The notes under the pieces: model-generated
Seen by the model: only the letters and a program-made list of their open reading frames with translations
The model's database searches: none
What the model was told of the DNA's origin: nothing
Translations under genes and position numbers: made by a program
Assembly (NCBI RefSeq): GCF_000002075.1
Contig: NW_004797457.1
Location: 638,114-702,113, forward strand
Direction: 5' to 3'
DNA: 64,000 nt
Origin: Aplysia californica
Lineage: Eukaryota
Shown: positions 37,720 to 49,755 of the stretch, one piece after another
Layout: the number at the start of each line of letters is the position of its first letter
Position numbering within the stretch: the stretch's first letter is position 1

Positions 37720-37915
37720 ATGCACCAACGCGAAAGCTGAGAGACTTTGATCGTGCCAGAGCTATGGCATGGCTGCAGGATGGAGTTGGAGCCCGAGAAG
37801 TTGCCAGAAGGCTTGCAATGTCACACTCTGTCATTGTCCGCTTGAGGCAGCGCCATCGAGCCACTGGATCAGTCCAAGAACGCCCACAAGCAGGTCGACC
37901 AAAGAAGACCACTCA
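37720..37915 (+). mobile_element. Tc1-like transposase N-terminal fragment
   Basis: RARAMAWLQDGVGAREVARRLAMSHSVIVRLRQRHRATGSVQERPQAGRPKKTT: paired-like HTH plus GRPK motif. Confidence 0.8.
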
Positions 37916-38881
37916 GAGTGTTTGCAAGTGGTCCTTAACTTCTGTTGAAGTCTGTAGTTTATTGAGCTCTTTCATGTCTTACCAACAATAGTTTAGCTAG
38001 CTGTGTTTCTGATGTAGTAGGCCTATGTTTCTTATGTTAATTTAAAAAAGCATGTTATGTTATGTTGCTGTTATTGTGCTGTTGCTAAGCTGTGACATAG
38101 CTACCAAACCAGGTTAGTTTGAATTTCTTGTCTTTAATGTTTTATACGTCATTCCAGATGAGAGAAGAAATGTTTTAGAAGCACTTGACAGTTTATTTAT
38201 GCACTTAATACTAATACATGGAATTGTTTTGTTGATTTACTTTCTATAAACTATAATGAAATGTCAGTCCCAATATTCTGAGCCAACTTACTGCTTTGGG
38301 GGTTTGTTTTTATAAAGGAGTTCAGCATACCATTAGTGTGAGTCTTGATCCTCCTTGATCGCTGATGTGAGCCTCCTAAATTCTGTTGAAATTAAACCTC
38401 TGTTCAACTGGCTGTATTCTCTATTTGAATTTTTAAGATAAGACTGTTATATTTATTGCTACTACACAATTTAAAAAATGAATACTGATAATGATGTACA
38501 TAGTAAAAATGTTTTTCCGAGTGGGTGAAGGTAAAAGCTGTGATGTGGAGAATGTGTGTGAAGTTGTCCCCTCGCCCTCTCTTTTTTATCCTAACTTTTC
38601 ACTGTCCATCTAATTTTATCTATCTTGTTCTTTTCCTTCCCCTCCCTGCTCCTTTTTTCCTCCATCCATCTTCCTTTTCTCTCTTTTTTCCCTGTCTGAG
38701 CGTCTCACATCATATNNNNNNNNNNNNNNNNNNNNNNNNNNNNNNNNNNNNNNNNNNNNNNNNNNNNNNNNNNNNNNNNNNNNNNNNNNNNNNNNNNNNN
38801 NNNNNNNNNNNNNNNNNNNNNNNNNNNNNNNNNNNNNNNNNNNNNNNNNNNNNNNNNNNNNNNNNNNNNNNNNNNNNNNNN

Positions 38882-39675
38882 GAGGTTACAGTGTTCGCCT
38901 CTCATTCAATAGGTTCAGAGTTCAAAACCTGCCACTGACAGCGATGGAAAAATGTTCTTTTGATCTCTAAATGTTTCTTTTCACCCCCTTTCCTGCTCTC
39001 TTACCATGATCTGTCATCTGCTTTCCTTCCGTCTCCACTTTCTGCCCCTACCTATCCCCCCTTTGCTCCCTCCTCTGGGCTCCTGACTCTTTCTGCAGCC
39101 TTTCTACTTACTGCTACTCCTTGGCTCCTTTTTTATCTTACTGCCCACTGTCTTTCAGCCACACCCGTGATCTTTGGGTAAGATCTAACACCTAGCCATC
39201 TCGGATGAGGGCGAAAAATCTCGAAGGTCCCATTTGCAAATTTTGTACGTTAAAGTTCCCTTGGTGGTACAAAATCGATAAGAAAGGGTAGGCGTCTGCC
39301 GCTACCTGGGCAAAATTCAAAATTAATTCTACAAACTGTCCCGCACGCTCATGTAACTGTATGCAGTTGCTAGCACCGTAAAACACTTAGCAAGACCAAA
39401 ACAACAATACATGTATTGTATTTGTATACACATGATGTGTACACATGCACATAAGATCTACACCTAGCCTTCTCGGACAAGGGAGAAAAAACTCAGATGT
39501 CCCGTGTGCAAGTTGTGCACGTTAAAGGTCCCTTTGTGGTCTAAAATGGATAAGAGTATGCTTCGGCCGCTACCTGGGCAAAATTCAAAATTTCCTAGCA
39601 ACTGAAAAGGTTTAATGTGTCCCGCGCACTCATATGACCTTATGCAATTGCGAGCGCCGTAAAACACTTACTAAA
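38882..39675 (+). mobile_element. SINE family B, near-full copy (38882-39395) followed by a second 3' part (39455-39675)
   Basis: Both segments are colinear with 54106-54643; the head is cut by the N-gap. Confidence 0.8.
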
Positions 39676-39695
39676 AAAAATAATAATAACATCAG

Positions 39696-39838
39696 AAGAT
39701 AAGAGGTATTACAATTACAAAAGATTAGAGGTGTTACAATTACAAAAGATTAGAGGTGTTACAATTACAAAAGATTAGAGGTGTTACAATTACAAAAGAT
39801 TAGAGGTGTTACAATTACAAAAGATTAAAGGTGTTACA
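39696..39838. repeat. 25-bp minisatellite (~5.7 units) inside a family A copy
   Basis: Unit AAGATTAGAGGTGTTACAATTACAA, continuing into the family A body up to ~39932. Confidence 0.9.
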
Positions 39839-40344
39839 AACGAGTAACAAAAACAAAAAGGAGAGAAAACAACGAGAGATGTTTTGATGGGAAAGAAGGA
39901 GCAAAACACACATGAGCATCCGCCAACCACCCAATCGTGAGGCCTCTATTGGTGGTTTATGTTGTGACTTCGTTGTAATTGACATGAACGTTTGAACCTG
40001 ATAGTGATAAAGCCGGTGGTTGGAGGGTGCCACTTTCGTGCTTTACTTCTTCTTTACTTTCCCTCTGTTGTTTCTACCTACCAATCTTGTTCCGTTTCCT
40101 AACTCTGAGTGGTGGTTTTGGTGCTGATGCCATTCTGTTTACTCATTCTAAGCTGAGAGAATGAATGATTGATATGTTACAATTATAATATTATGGTGGC
40201 TTGTGGGGAATGGTGTTGTTCGTTCAAAGTGAATCAAAGTCCCCCTCCCCCTAACCAATTTTGAACTTTTGTTTTTAAATAGAATTATATTAAAAATGTA
40301 AGATTAAGAGCCTCCTGGGCGTGTATCTTATTAATGGATAAAGT

Positions 40345-40533
40345 ATGGGTGAATATTGGCAGGTGCTTTGGTGTGGTTTGCTCCTCCTTTCCTATTAAAA
40401 AAAAATTATCATCTTTATCTCCCCTCCCTCTTTTTTTTTGTGTATGTTACTCTCGTGTAACACCTCTAATCTTCGGCACTTATTATATTATGACCTTATT
40501 GTGTTCCAAGTGACGTAAAACTCTTACTAAAAC
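40345..40533 (+). mobile_element. Short retroposon family A
   Basis: Body match; flanked by a TAATGGATAA(A/C)GTA duplication. Confidence 0.75.
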
Positions 40534-40819
40534 AATAATGGATAACGTAAAGAGTGATACAACATGTGTATTGAACAGGAAAAGCTGAGAAAGATGACAA
40601 AAATTGGCACATCAAATTTGTTGTCACTTTATAATTGTTATATATAAGCAAGTCTGCCGTAATTGTAGGACAACCATGTTAGATAAATGAAGTGTAGACT
40701 ACTATCTTGTGTTTCCATTTCCATTGTCTACGCAGAAACCTGGGCATTACTTGGGAAGACATGGTTACAAATATGTCTGTCCTTAAAACAATTGGTTCTC
40801 TCAGCTTGCACACCCTACT

Positions 40820-41240
40820 CTACCAGCATCGGCTTCGATGGATCGGCCACGTACATTAATTGTACATCGCATGAATGATGGACGCATTCCCAAAGACATT
40901 CTGTGCTGTGAACTGGCCGCAAGACATCGTCGCTTAGGACGCCTGCCAATGCTGCTCTAGAAAGATGTTTGAAAGGGCGACTTGAAGACACCAAATACAG
41001 ATGCAGACCACTGGGAAGCGTTTGCTGCGGATCGTGGAGTAAGGAAGGGCATCATGTGCCAAGGAGTACGCCTCGGCGAAATGACAAGAAAAGAGCAGGA
41101 AATTGACAGAAAAAGTCGCAGAAAAGAGAGGCAGCAAAATCAAGCCTTCGACCCGACGTCAGCCTTCATCTGCTACACTTGTCTGGCAGAAACTATTATG
41201 CTCGAATCGGACTTTTGAGCCACTCCAGACGATGTTCTCG
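40820..41240 (+). mobile_element. RTE-clade LINE 3' ORF remnant
   Basis: HRLRWIGHV..RMNDGRIPKDIL..EL...WEAFAADR...RKSRRKER...FICYTC...RIGLLSHSRRC (C-terminal C2H2 finger). Confidence 0.85.
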
Positions 41241-41629
41241 ACAGGAGTAATGTACAAGCGCAGTCTTACTCTCCCGTACTACTAGACGACTGTTATCTTG
41301 TGCACTACGAGGGTGCCATGTTGAGGTCAGTGCATCGATCACAAAACAGTGTCTGCTCTCCCCTCCTCTGAGGTGTCGTCAAATTTTGTTGGCAGGCTGA
41401 TACAAACAATAACCTCTGACGTTGTAAAAAGAGTTGGTATTTGATCTCTCTTGGTCCTCAAAATTTGCCCTTTTTCCAATTCATTCCCCAAGAAGAAGGC
41501 TTTTCTTTTTTGATGATGTTCGGACGGGTGATTAAGGGGTGCTAATGGAAGGGTCTACTAGACTCTTTTTTTTTCTCTCTGTTTTATCTGCCACTGTCTG
41601 TCCGTCTTGCTTTTTCCAAGTCTTGAGTG

Positions 41630-41682
<53 letters not shown>

Positions 41683-43056
41683 GTTTTCCGTTTTTATTTA
41701 TTTTGTTTGTTCTTTTTTGGGGGGACCGGGGCGTACGTTTGTCCTGCCCCAAACAGCTGTGATTGGTGAACATGACAGTACTTTATTTTACCATTGTATT
41801 ATCTGGGAAAAAAGCATAATACGTTATTGACAAACATGTAGATCTATAAGGTCTTTCTTAACTCGGGACGAATTTCTTTTTCTTTTTTTTTTTTCATAGA
41901 CTTATCAATTCAATGAGAAGGCTCTAAAATTGCCTTTTATTTTTAGCTTCTTAGATATACTTATGGTTCTGTCAACTGCCAGCCATCAATATTAAAAATA
42001 TGAAACGAAGTAACTTTCCCTTGTGTGATCAGGGTTCACACCAACAATTGCATTGTTGCCTTCTCATGTCCACTACCGGGTATTGGGCCTGTCACCAATT
42101 TTGAGTCTGTAGGCATCTTCTGGAATTAAACACAGGCCAAACAGTGTGCAACACAGATATCTTATGTATAAACACAATTATAGGCGCTGACAAAGGATAC
42201 TTAGACGTTGGGGACAATGACAAGGTCTTCAGTGAAAAGCCAAAGAATGCGAATCTTTTTACGAACCAAAAAACAAACAAACCGAAGTTAGACTAGAATC
42301 AGAGTTGTTCCCCGTGGGAGTTTGTTTTTAAATTTCTTCCCCATTTCCTGTTTCTTCATCGCTGGCAATACCTTGGTAGTACATTTTAGTTTCGGTTTCT
42401 AGTTGGCAGGATTGCATAGCTGTGACAGAACAAGGAGGATAGCTGTTATTTTTTTCAGAGCAAATGCGTGTGCGTGTGTCTCTGGGATCGTCCTCGAATA
42501 TATTCGGCTTACTCATCCTATTTTCATCATGTCATGAGATTTTCAATACAATGTGATGTACTATGATAGATAGGCCTACCATCATAACAACGTCAACATC
42601 ATTGAATTTGTCATTTGAATATTTGAACTTGAACTTCACTTGATCTAATCTAGATCTAGAATCTAGATCTAGATTTAGATCTGCTCCTCATCAACTCAAC
42701 TGACTCTACAGTTGTATTGCTTTTCAAATTGACTTTGATTTCTGTAAATTCAGTCAGTGTAAGTGGGCTAGATATGTAGCCTATTGTAGCTCTGGCTGTG
42801 GATTTTGACTTTCCTTCATCTTTTCGTGTTCAAGTCAGATCTTGATCAAGAAATCTAGGCTATCTAGATACTAGATCTAGATCTAGAGTATAGATATCTA
42901 GATCTAGAATCTAGATGTAGATTGATATTCATATTTTGAACAGGAGAAGCTTTTCTTCCTCATGATCATATTAATTAATAAAATCATAGAAACAAACTAA
43001 AACTTAATACAATATCCTCATTGTAATTTACATACACACGCCTTCCGCTGAAGATA

Positions 43057-46000
43057 ATGGATAGTGAATTGAAAAGGACACAACACAGTTGTCATAATTC
43101 CAGTTTAGATCTTTTCAATGAAAGTCTAGTGGGGACATCTTATGATGATGTCCAAGACAGTTGCCACGTTCAAGAACAGAGCCACCTGCTGGATGAGGCA
43201 AATATAACAAGGGAAAGTAGTTCAAGTGAATCCAGCAGCAATGCAACAGCAACAAAGGCAAAGAAAGTGTATTCTCATATTGGTCAATACTCCAAATCAA
43301 GTGTCATTTCGGCAGGCAGTCCCGATATGAAAAGTGAAAGGGAAAAATTTCACCAGACGCAAGAGTGTATTCTTGTTGAGCCATCTGATGAGGAAGATTC
43401 TATACAAAATTGCTCTCAACAATCTGCCACGAATAGCAGCAGTGGTTCTTGTGAAGAGTGTGATAGTTATTTAAATATGACTAAGCATTCGACTCACAGT
43501 GACAAAAGTAAAGAGAATAAACAAGTGAGTCCACATGATGATAAAGATGCACAAGATAGTGATAGTTCTATGGTTGAAGGCCCAAATAGAGAAACACCAC
43601 CAGCAGAGAAACCAACAGAATTGAACGCCCATTGGAGTAGCGATAAATTAGATTTGATTTGCCCCTTTTGTGATGCTCGTGAAGAAAGTTTGTATCGCTT
43701 GGAGTTCCATGTCTCTACCATGCATCCCGATACTGATGTACAAATGGAAACGGGTGCATTCTGTGAAAACTTGCATGAGTTGGATGGTGCCACAGTGACA
43801 GATATTCAGACACTGTCCTGTCCATTATGTGACCTTGAAGTTGATAGTGAAATCGCACTTGGAGCTCACTTGAAGATACTGCATGGGGACATTCTCGATG
43901 ATGGAGCCAGTATGTCGTGTCCCCTTTGTGACTTCACAAGCCGGAAGGAAGATGGTAAGTCTGCTTTATTTTTTTTAAAATCTGTCTCCCTGAATCAAGG
44001 GACACACTGAAATGAAACAATTCTCCTTCCTTCATCAGTTTTTCTTTCGGGATCAAATTGTGTTTACTAACATTGGATATCAGTTATTATCATTTTAAGG
44101 ATAAAACTGACTACTGTGTTATGTACATGGGAAAGACACTTGACACAAATTTTCCTGACTTCACCCAGGTGGGAATGGGTACCTGGCTATAGACAGCGAA
44201 AGATCTTGTCAGTTTGTTAGAAGTGTTTGAAGGCGTGAAATCTGCAGCTTGCACTGTATGCTTTCCAGGAAGCCCAGAAAGTTTCGGAGTGTTTTTGGGT
44301 CTGCTGGGGTAATAAAGGTTGTATAGCTCATAGAGCATTATACTGTACATGCACATATATCGTCGGCCTGGTGATAAAACCGACTAACCCACAAAATATC
44401 CCCAAAAAATTTATTGGCCTTATCGATAGTAAATTGTCCATTTCATATGCTCACTCAAAGACAGATCATCTGAATTTTGTCTAGAAATGTCTTTAAAACA
44501 TTAGAAATAAAACCGTATAACCTGGCACCCATCGGATTTTAGCCAGATAATGCCGACTATCCCACCTGCGAGGGACGGAATGAGGGTTGGCTGTTTTTAT
44601 CGCGCTAACAATGAGGGGCCACTTGCTACGTTACCGACTAACCCCGGCTTCGACTCCTCTCCGGACTTCATTAGATTCAGTTCTGTAATAGTCTGGAATT
44701 TGCTCACAAAACCGTGGGAGCTCTCCAAAAAGGAATATTTGTGTAATATTTCTTGTTGGTTTCATTGGGGAGTTATATAGATCTGGTTGTTTCCTCTTTT
44801 TTCTTCGTTTTAATACTGCTGATAATGTTATTAATGACTAAAACTCCCCACTGTTCCCACAGAACTGTTTATCTCTTGACAATTCCGGTATTTGAAATGC
44901 GTCTTTATGGATTTTTTTTTATATGAAACTATGTTTTCTGTCCACGTGTTTTTCTTTGTCTTTGTACTCGAAATTCACCAATTGTAAAGGCATTTTCCCC
45001 TATTCGGACTACTGTCTCTTCTCCTAATAATTTTTCCTTCACAATTGAATGGACAAAGTAGATAGCATTTCCTCCTTTACTAACTCACTCAGAAAAAAAA
45101 ATTGTGGGACCTGTCCAGCACACGGTCTGCCCCCAACGATCGTTGTTTTTTAAAGGGCTTTTTCTTTATTTTTTCATTTGCTGTGTTTATTGGAGTCATT
45201 ACGTTCTGAAACATTGTTCGACTTTCTTTGAAAGTTCATTTCGTTTGTGTTTTGAGTAGATTATTTTCTCAGTGTCATAACCTAATGCTTTATCTTTATA
45301 TCAAACCTTAGCTTACATAACGCTATAACATTCAATAAGATGATGCCACTTTTGCTGCGTCACCTCTGACCCTCAGCGCAGTGGAAAGTGATCAACATGA
45401 CCAGGCTAATGTCACATCAGCTGATAATACAACAGTTATGTCACCTTTGATCTCTGCGAAAAGGACACGGCATGAAAACGATTGGAAGGGTAACAAAAGG
45501 AAGAGGTTGAAAGAACTGGGGATGCCTCTACCCATGTCAAGGCACGAAGCGAGCAGGATGTGAACTTGACGTCCTTTGCAGTTGTAAACTGGTTGGCACA
45601 AAATGCAATGACATAACTGGTCACTCTCTTGGAAAGAAAAGAGAGCCTACGTATATGCCACGATAAACATGATAGACAAAAAGAGATCTTACCCAGCAAG
45701 GGAAAACCCAAGGAGAAATTACAGCCTTCAATACCACTTACAAGAGTCAATGGTCAAAGAACACCTGTTTGTAAAATAATCTTCAAGAGCACCACAGGCC
45801 TGACCCACTGGTTTATTTAAAGTGTCTTCTCCGAAAAAATCCCCCCCCCCTAGAACACATCATGCCCACCATGAGAGAGCCAAGGATGATAAGTTGTTCC
45901 ATAAAGAGGTATTTTTTGACAAACTTTCGAAGATATCCTCCTGTCTACAGATGACAATCCAGAAAACGTCAGATCTGCATCAAGTATACATGGAGAACTT

Positions 46001-49000
46001 TGCAGAGAGGGTGAAAGCCACATTTCATTGAGTTATCAAGTGTTCTGCCAAAAGTTCAAGAAAAACAATTTGGGTTTACTTTCAACCAAGAAAGACTAGT
46101 GCCTTGTTGTAGCCATAGGACACAGAGTGAGACAGACATGCTCTTCTATCGTCGAGAAAACTCAATAAAGTAGTAGTTGTCAAGCCACGCACTTTGGAGA
46201 AAGTTGGCGCATTCTTTGGTACTCACAAAGTCTTTTTGTACAATGATATATCATTAAGTAACCAACTTTTCCCAAACCATTGTTGAGGTAGCAGAGCTTT
46301 TGTGTGGCTTTCTGCTTTCATTTCTTTCTTAGTATTACTTTTTTCCAGGCCTTTGAATGGCCACCCAGTGCCAATAGTACCGTGTCAGACACGGTTATAA
46401 ATTCTAAAGGCCTACTGCTGCTGCTGCTGCTACTACTGTTGTTTTTGTTGTTGTTGTAATTGTTGTTTTTGTAGTTGTTGCTGTAGGTACTCTCCCTTAC
46501 CCTTCCAACCCCCTGTTCTTCTACTTTAAATGTAATTAATATACCCATTGCTGTGTTCTGCTTCCTCTACTTCTATTAGAGGTTCAACTTTGTGACTGCT
46601 GTTTTTGGCCGAATTGACTCCGTAGCACTGAAATGGCAGCAGCTGATAGTATGTTGGNNNNNNNNNNNNNNNNNNNNNNNNNNNNNNNNNNNNNNNNNNN
46701 NNNNNNNNNNNNNNNNNNNNNNNNNNNNNNNNNNNNNNNNNNNNNNNNNNNNNNNNNNNNNNNNNNNNNNNNNNNNNNNNNNNNNNNNNNNNNNNNNNNN
46801 NNNNNNNNNNNNNNNNNNNNNNNNNNNNNNNNNNNNNNNACGATTGAAGCAAGTGATCAAATACGTTACCCGTCAAGTGTGACTTGGCTGCACTAAACCA
46901 AACTCAAGGCCAGCAGTGGCTTCCTGATAAAACCGGTCAACCCACAAAATTGAGGGTTGGTCGGTTTTATCCAGGAAAATTTGAGCGACATAACCGTCTA
47001 ACCCACACAGTTTCATTAAAAGCAATTTTTAAAGGAAAAAAAGGTCTACACATTTTCGGTAAAGTGTTTATATAGGTGTTTAAAGCATTGATTTATCGTT
47101 AGACGCCTTTGTTTTGAAATAAAACAGTTTTTTTCCTTCTCCTGTAAAATTTACCTCGAGGGGGTTAGTCGGTTTTATCACAAGGCCGACGATATGTTTG
47201 TATTGTGTTTTCTCACATAAACACACACACACATGCATGCACGCATGGGCACTCACATACTCATGAAACCAAAGAAGGACCCAGAAAAAATGACCAAAAA
47301 ACCCACAGTTGATGGGAATCATGCTCTTGCCTCAACATGCTTTTTATTTTTTTTACTCTATTTTTTTTTAGATCTACGCAGGCACATGCAGGGTCACCAC
47401 AATGATACAACTTACTTTGGTGTGAGTTGTAGTAGTGATGCCACAGAATCTTCTAGCCATGAGCCCGCCTGCCCTATTTGCAGTCAAGTTTTTGGGGATA
47501 CAGACCTTCTGACGTCTCATGTGGAAAGTCATTTTGGGACCACATACCAGTCAGGTAACAAAATATAATGTGAGAAAGAATTTTGTTATATACTTCTCGC
47601 TGTAAAGTTTAGGAAACAATTTTCTTCTTACTCTTCTTGTTTCATCTTTAGATAGACATCCCAGTCTTCAATGTGAAGGCTGCTGTTTGCTGCAATTCTT
47701 TCATGCTCTTGAACAGTTTTGGGGCTCCTTATCTAATGTTGGGTCAATACTACCTCCTGAGTGCTTCATGCTTTGGGCAGGCTTGGAAAAAAAAGGGTAA
47801 CTGGTAATTCAGGGGGTGCGATGGCGGAGCGGTTAGTGCGCTTGTCTCCGAAGCGAAAAGTCCGGGTTCGAGCCTCGGTTCGGACACAGATTTTTTTAGC
47901 CCCCTCCTGCCCACCCAGCAGTAATGGGTACCTGACTTTGAGTTGGGGAAGTAAAGGCGGAATGGAAAGGAACAGGCCACCCTACCACAATATGCCGAAG
48001 GCCGAGGAAGTTGTCTTACTAACAAGGCAATCCCCAATGTCCGGATCGGATGCGGGAACAACTTTACTTTACTTTTTACTCATAATTTTGTATGTTCTAA
48101 AAATTATGTTTTTATCTGATGATTTTAAGTCATGATGAGTTAAGTATGAAGTATGTTGCACATGTTTGTATAACAAGTTTTTGGAGGATTTGTGTTGAAT
48201 GTTGTTAGAAATATATAGTTTTAAAAGTTAGTTTACTTTGTAAAAAGAAGTTCCACTGTTACTGGTCTCACAAACCCAGTTGTAGCTTAAAAGTCATAAC
48301 AATAAAGCTTATTGTGTATGTAATGCCATTCATGATGCAAATAGTTATATGTGTGTGCCAACTCCATGTTTTTCTTTTTCTTTTTTCTCCATTTTGTTTG
48401 TTAATGAAGGAGCCCATTCCAGTGCATGTTCTTCAAGTTTTAATGAACCATACCAGTCTAAGCCAATGGACAATGTCCTAAAGGATCACCAACCATCTGA
48501 GAATGTGAAGGTAAGATGAAAGCTTTTCTTGCCCTTTCTTTGGAAATGCTTCTGACAAACTGGATTTCCGATTTTGGGCAACAAAAGATCCAAAGTGGCA
48601 CAGACCATTATGGATGGATGGTAGCTTCCGCAATGGTGTGGACCATTTATATCTGAATGGCATTCATTGTTTTGTCTTCATGGCTATAAAAGAAAATAAA
48701 TGTTGATTAGTTTGTAAGAACTCTTGACATTTATTATTACAGTTGTTACCACTGCTTTTTTTTTTTTGCCTCTAGATCTACATGATGAGTCCTGGGATGC
48801 AGATCTGGAATCAGTTGAAAAAAATTTTTTTACGACGTCCAAACATAATACATGCTAGTAAAATGCAATTTCATGACAATCAGATCTCTGCCCGTTCTCA
48901 TTAACTCTTTCACTACTGAGGCCCATTCCAGGATAAAATCATAGGAAGCACATAAGCTTTATTTATAAAAGTAAATAAATTGTAGCTTATAGATAGGGAA

Positions 49001-49715
49001 AATTAAGTATGTTATATTTTTGTATATTATTATTATGTTGGAAATTGGAATACTAATGGTTACATTGAAATGTTTAAAATGTCCAATCCAACATTTGAGA
49101 GATATTTTTGCTGACAGTGTTTATATTGGATTCACTCACCATGGATCTCTGGATTTATTTCTCTCCTCTCCAATAGGTCTACTATTGTGGTCTAAAGGAA
49201 GCTCATTTCTAATCATATAGAGATGACTTTATTTTGCTATGAGATGACTCTTTGTTTTGAGAGTTTGATTCCCTCCAGGGAAAGTTGTTTTATCCTGTAC
49301 CTCCTGTTTTCTGGGATATTGCAGCCCATTCAGTCTCAGTTAGTCTGGAGAGGCATGTTCAGGCAAACCCCCTTCCCTTGCTTCTGCTAAATTGTGTTGA
49401 TGAAGGTGTGAAACATCACCAGTTATTTATTGAAGGGCGCCGTCATTTGTGTGTTCTTCTTTTTTATTATTATTCTTTTCTTTTCTTTTTTTTTCTTTTT
49501 TTCTTTTTGATTTCTTTTAGAAAGCAGGCCTACCTGCAAAGAAAGCAAAAGTTCAAGGAAAGTGTGCTTTTGATAAACAATATGAACAAAATCTGGAGCG
49601 AGCAGTGGCCCGAGGAGAAGTGTCAGTGGGCGAGTACCACGAGCAGCGGGGCAGGGCAGCCCGCAGAGGGGCCGACCATGTGGATGATGGCCAGACGAGA
49701 GTTCAAGGTAGGCTC

Positions 49716-49755
<40 letters not shown>

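Noticed and set aside
39696-39838. CRISPR-like array
   Set aside because: Head-to-tail identical units with no unique spacers, in a eukaryotic context, derived from a retroposon.
42328-42516. 62-aa minus-strand ORF upstream of ZUP1
   Set aside because: No recognisable motif or supporting exons.
46526-46896. ORFs spanning N-runs (also 38525-38938 and 51396-51641)
   Set aside because: Artefacts of assembly gaps.
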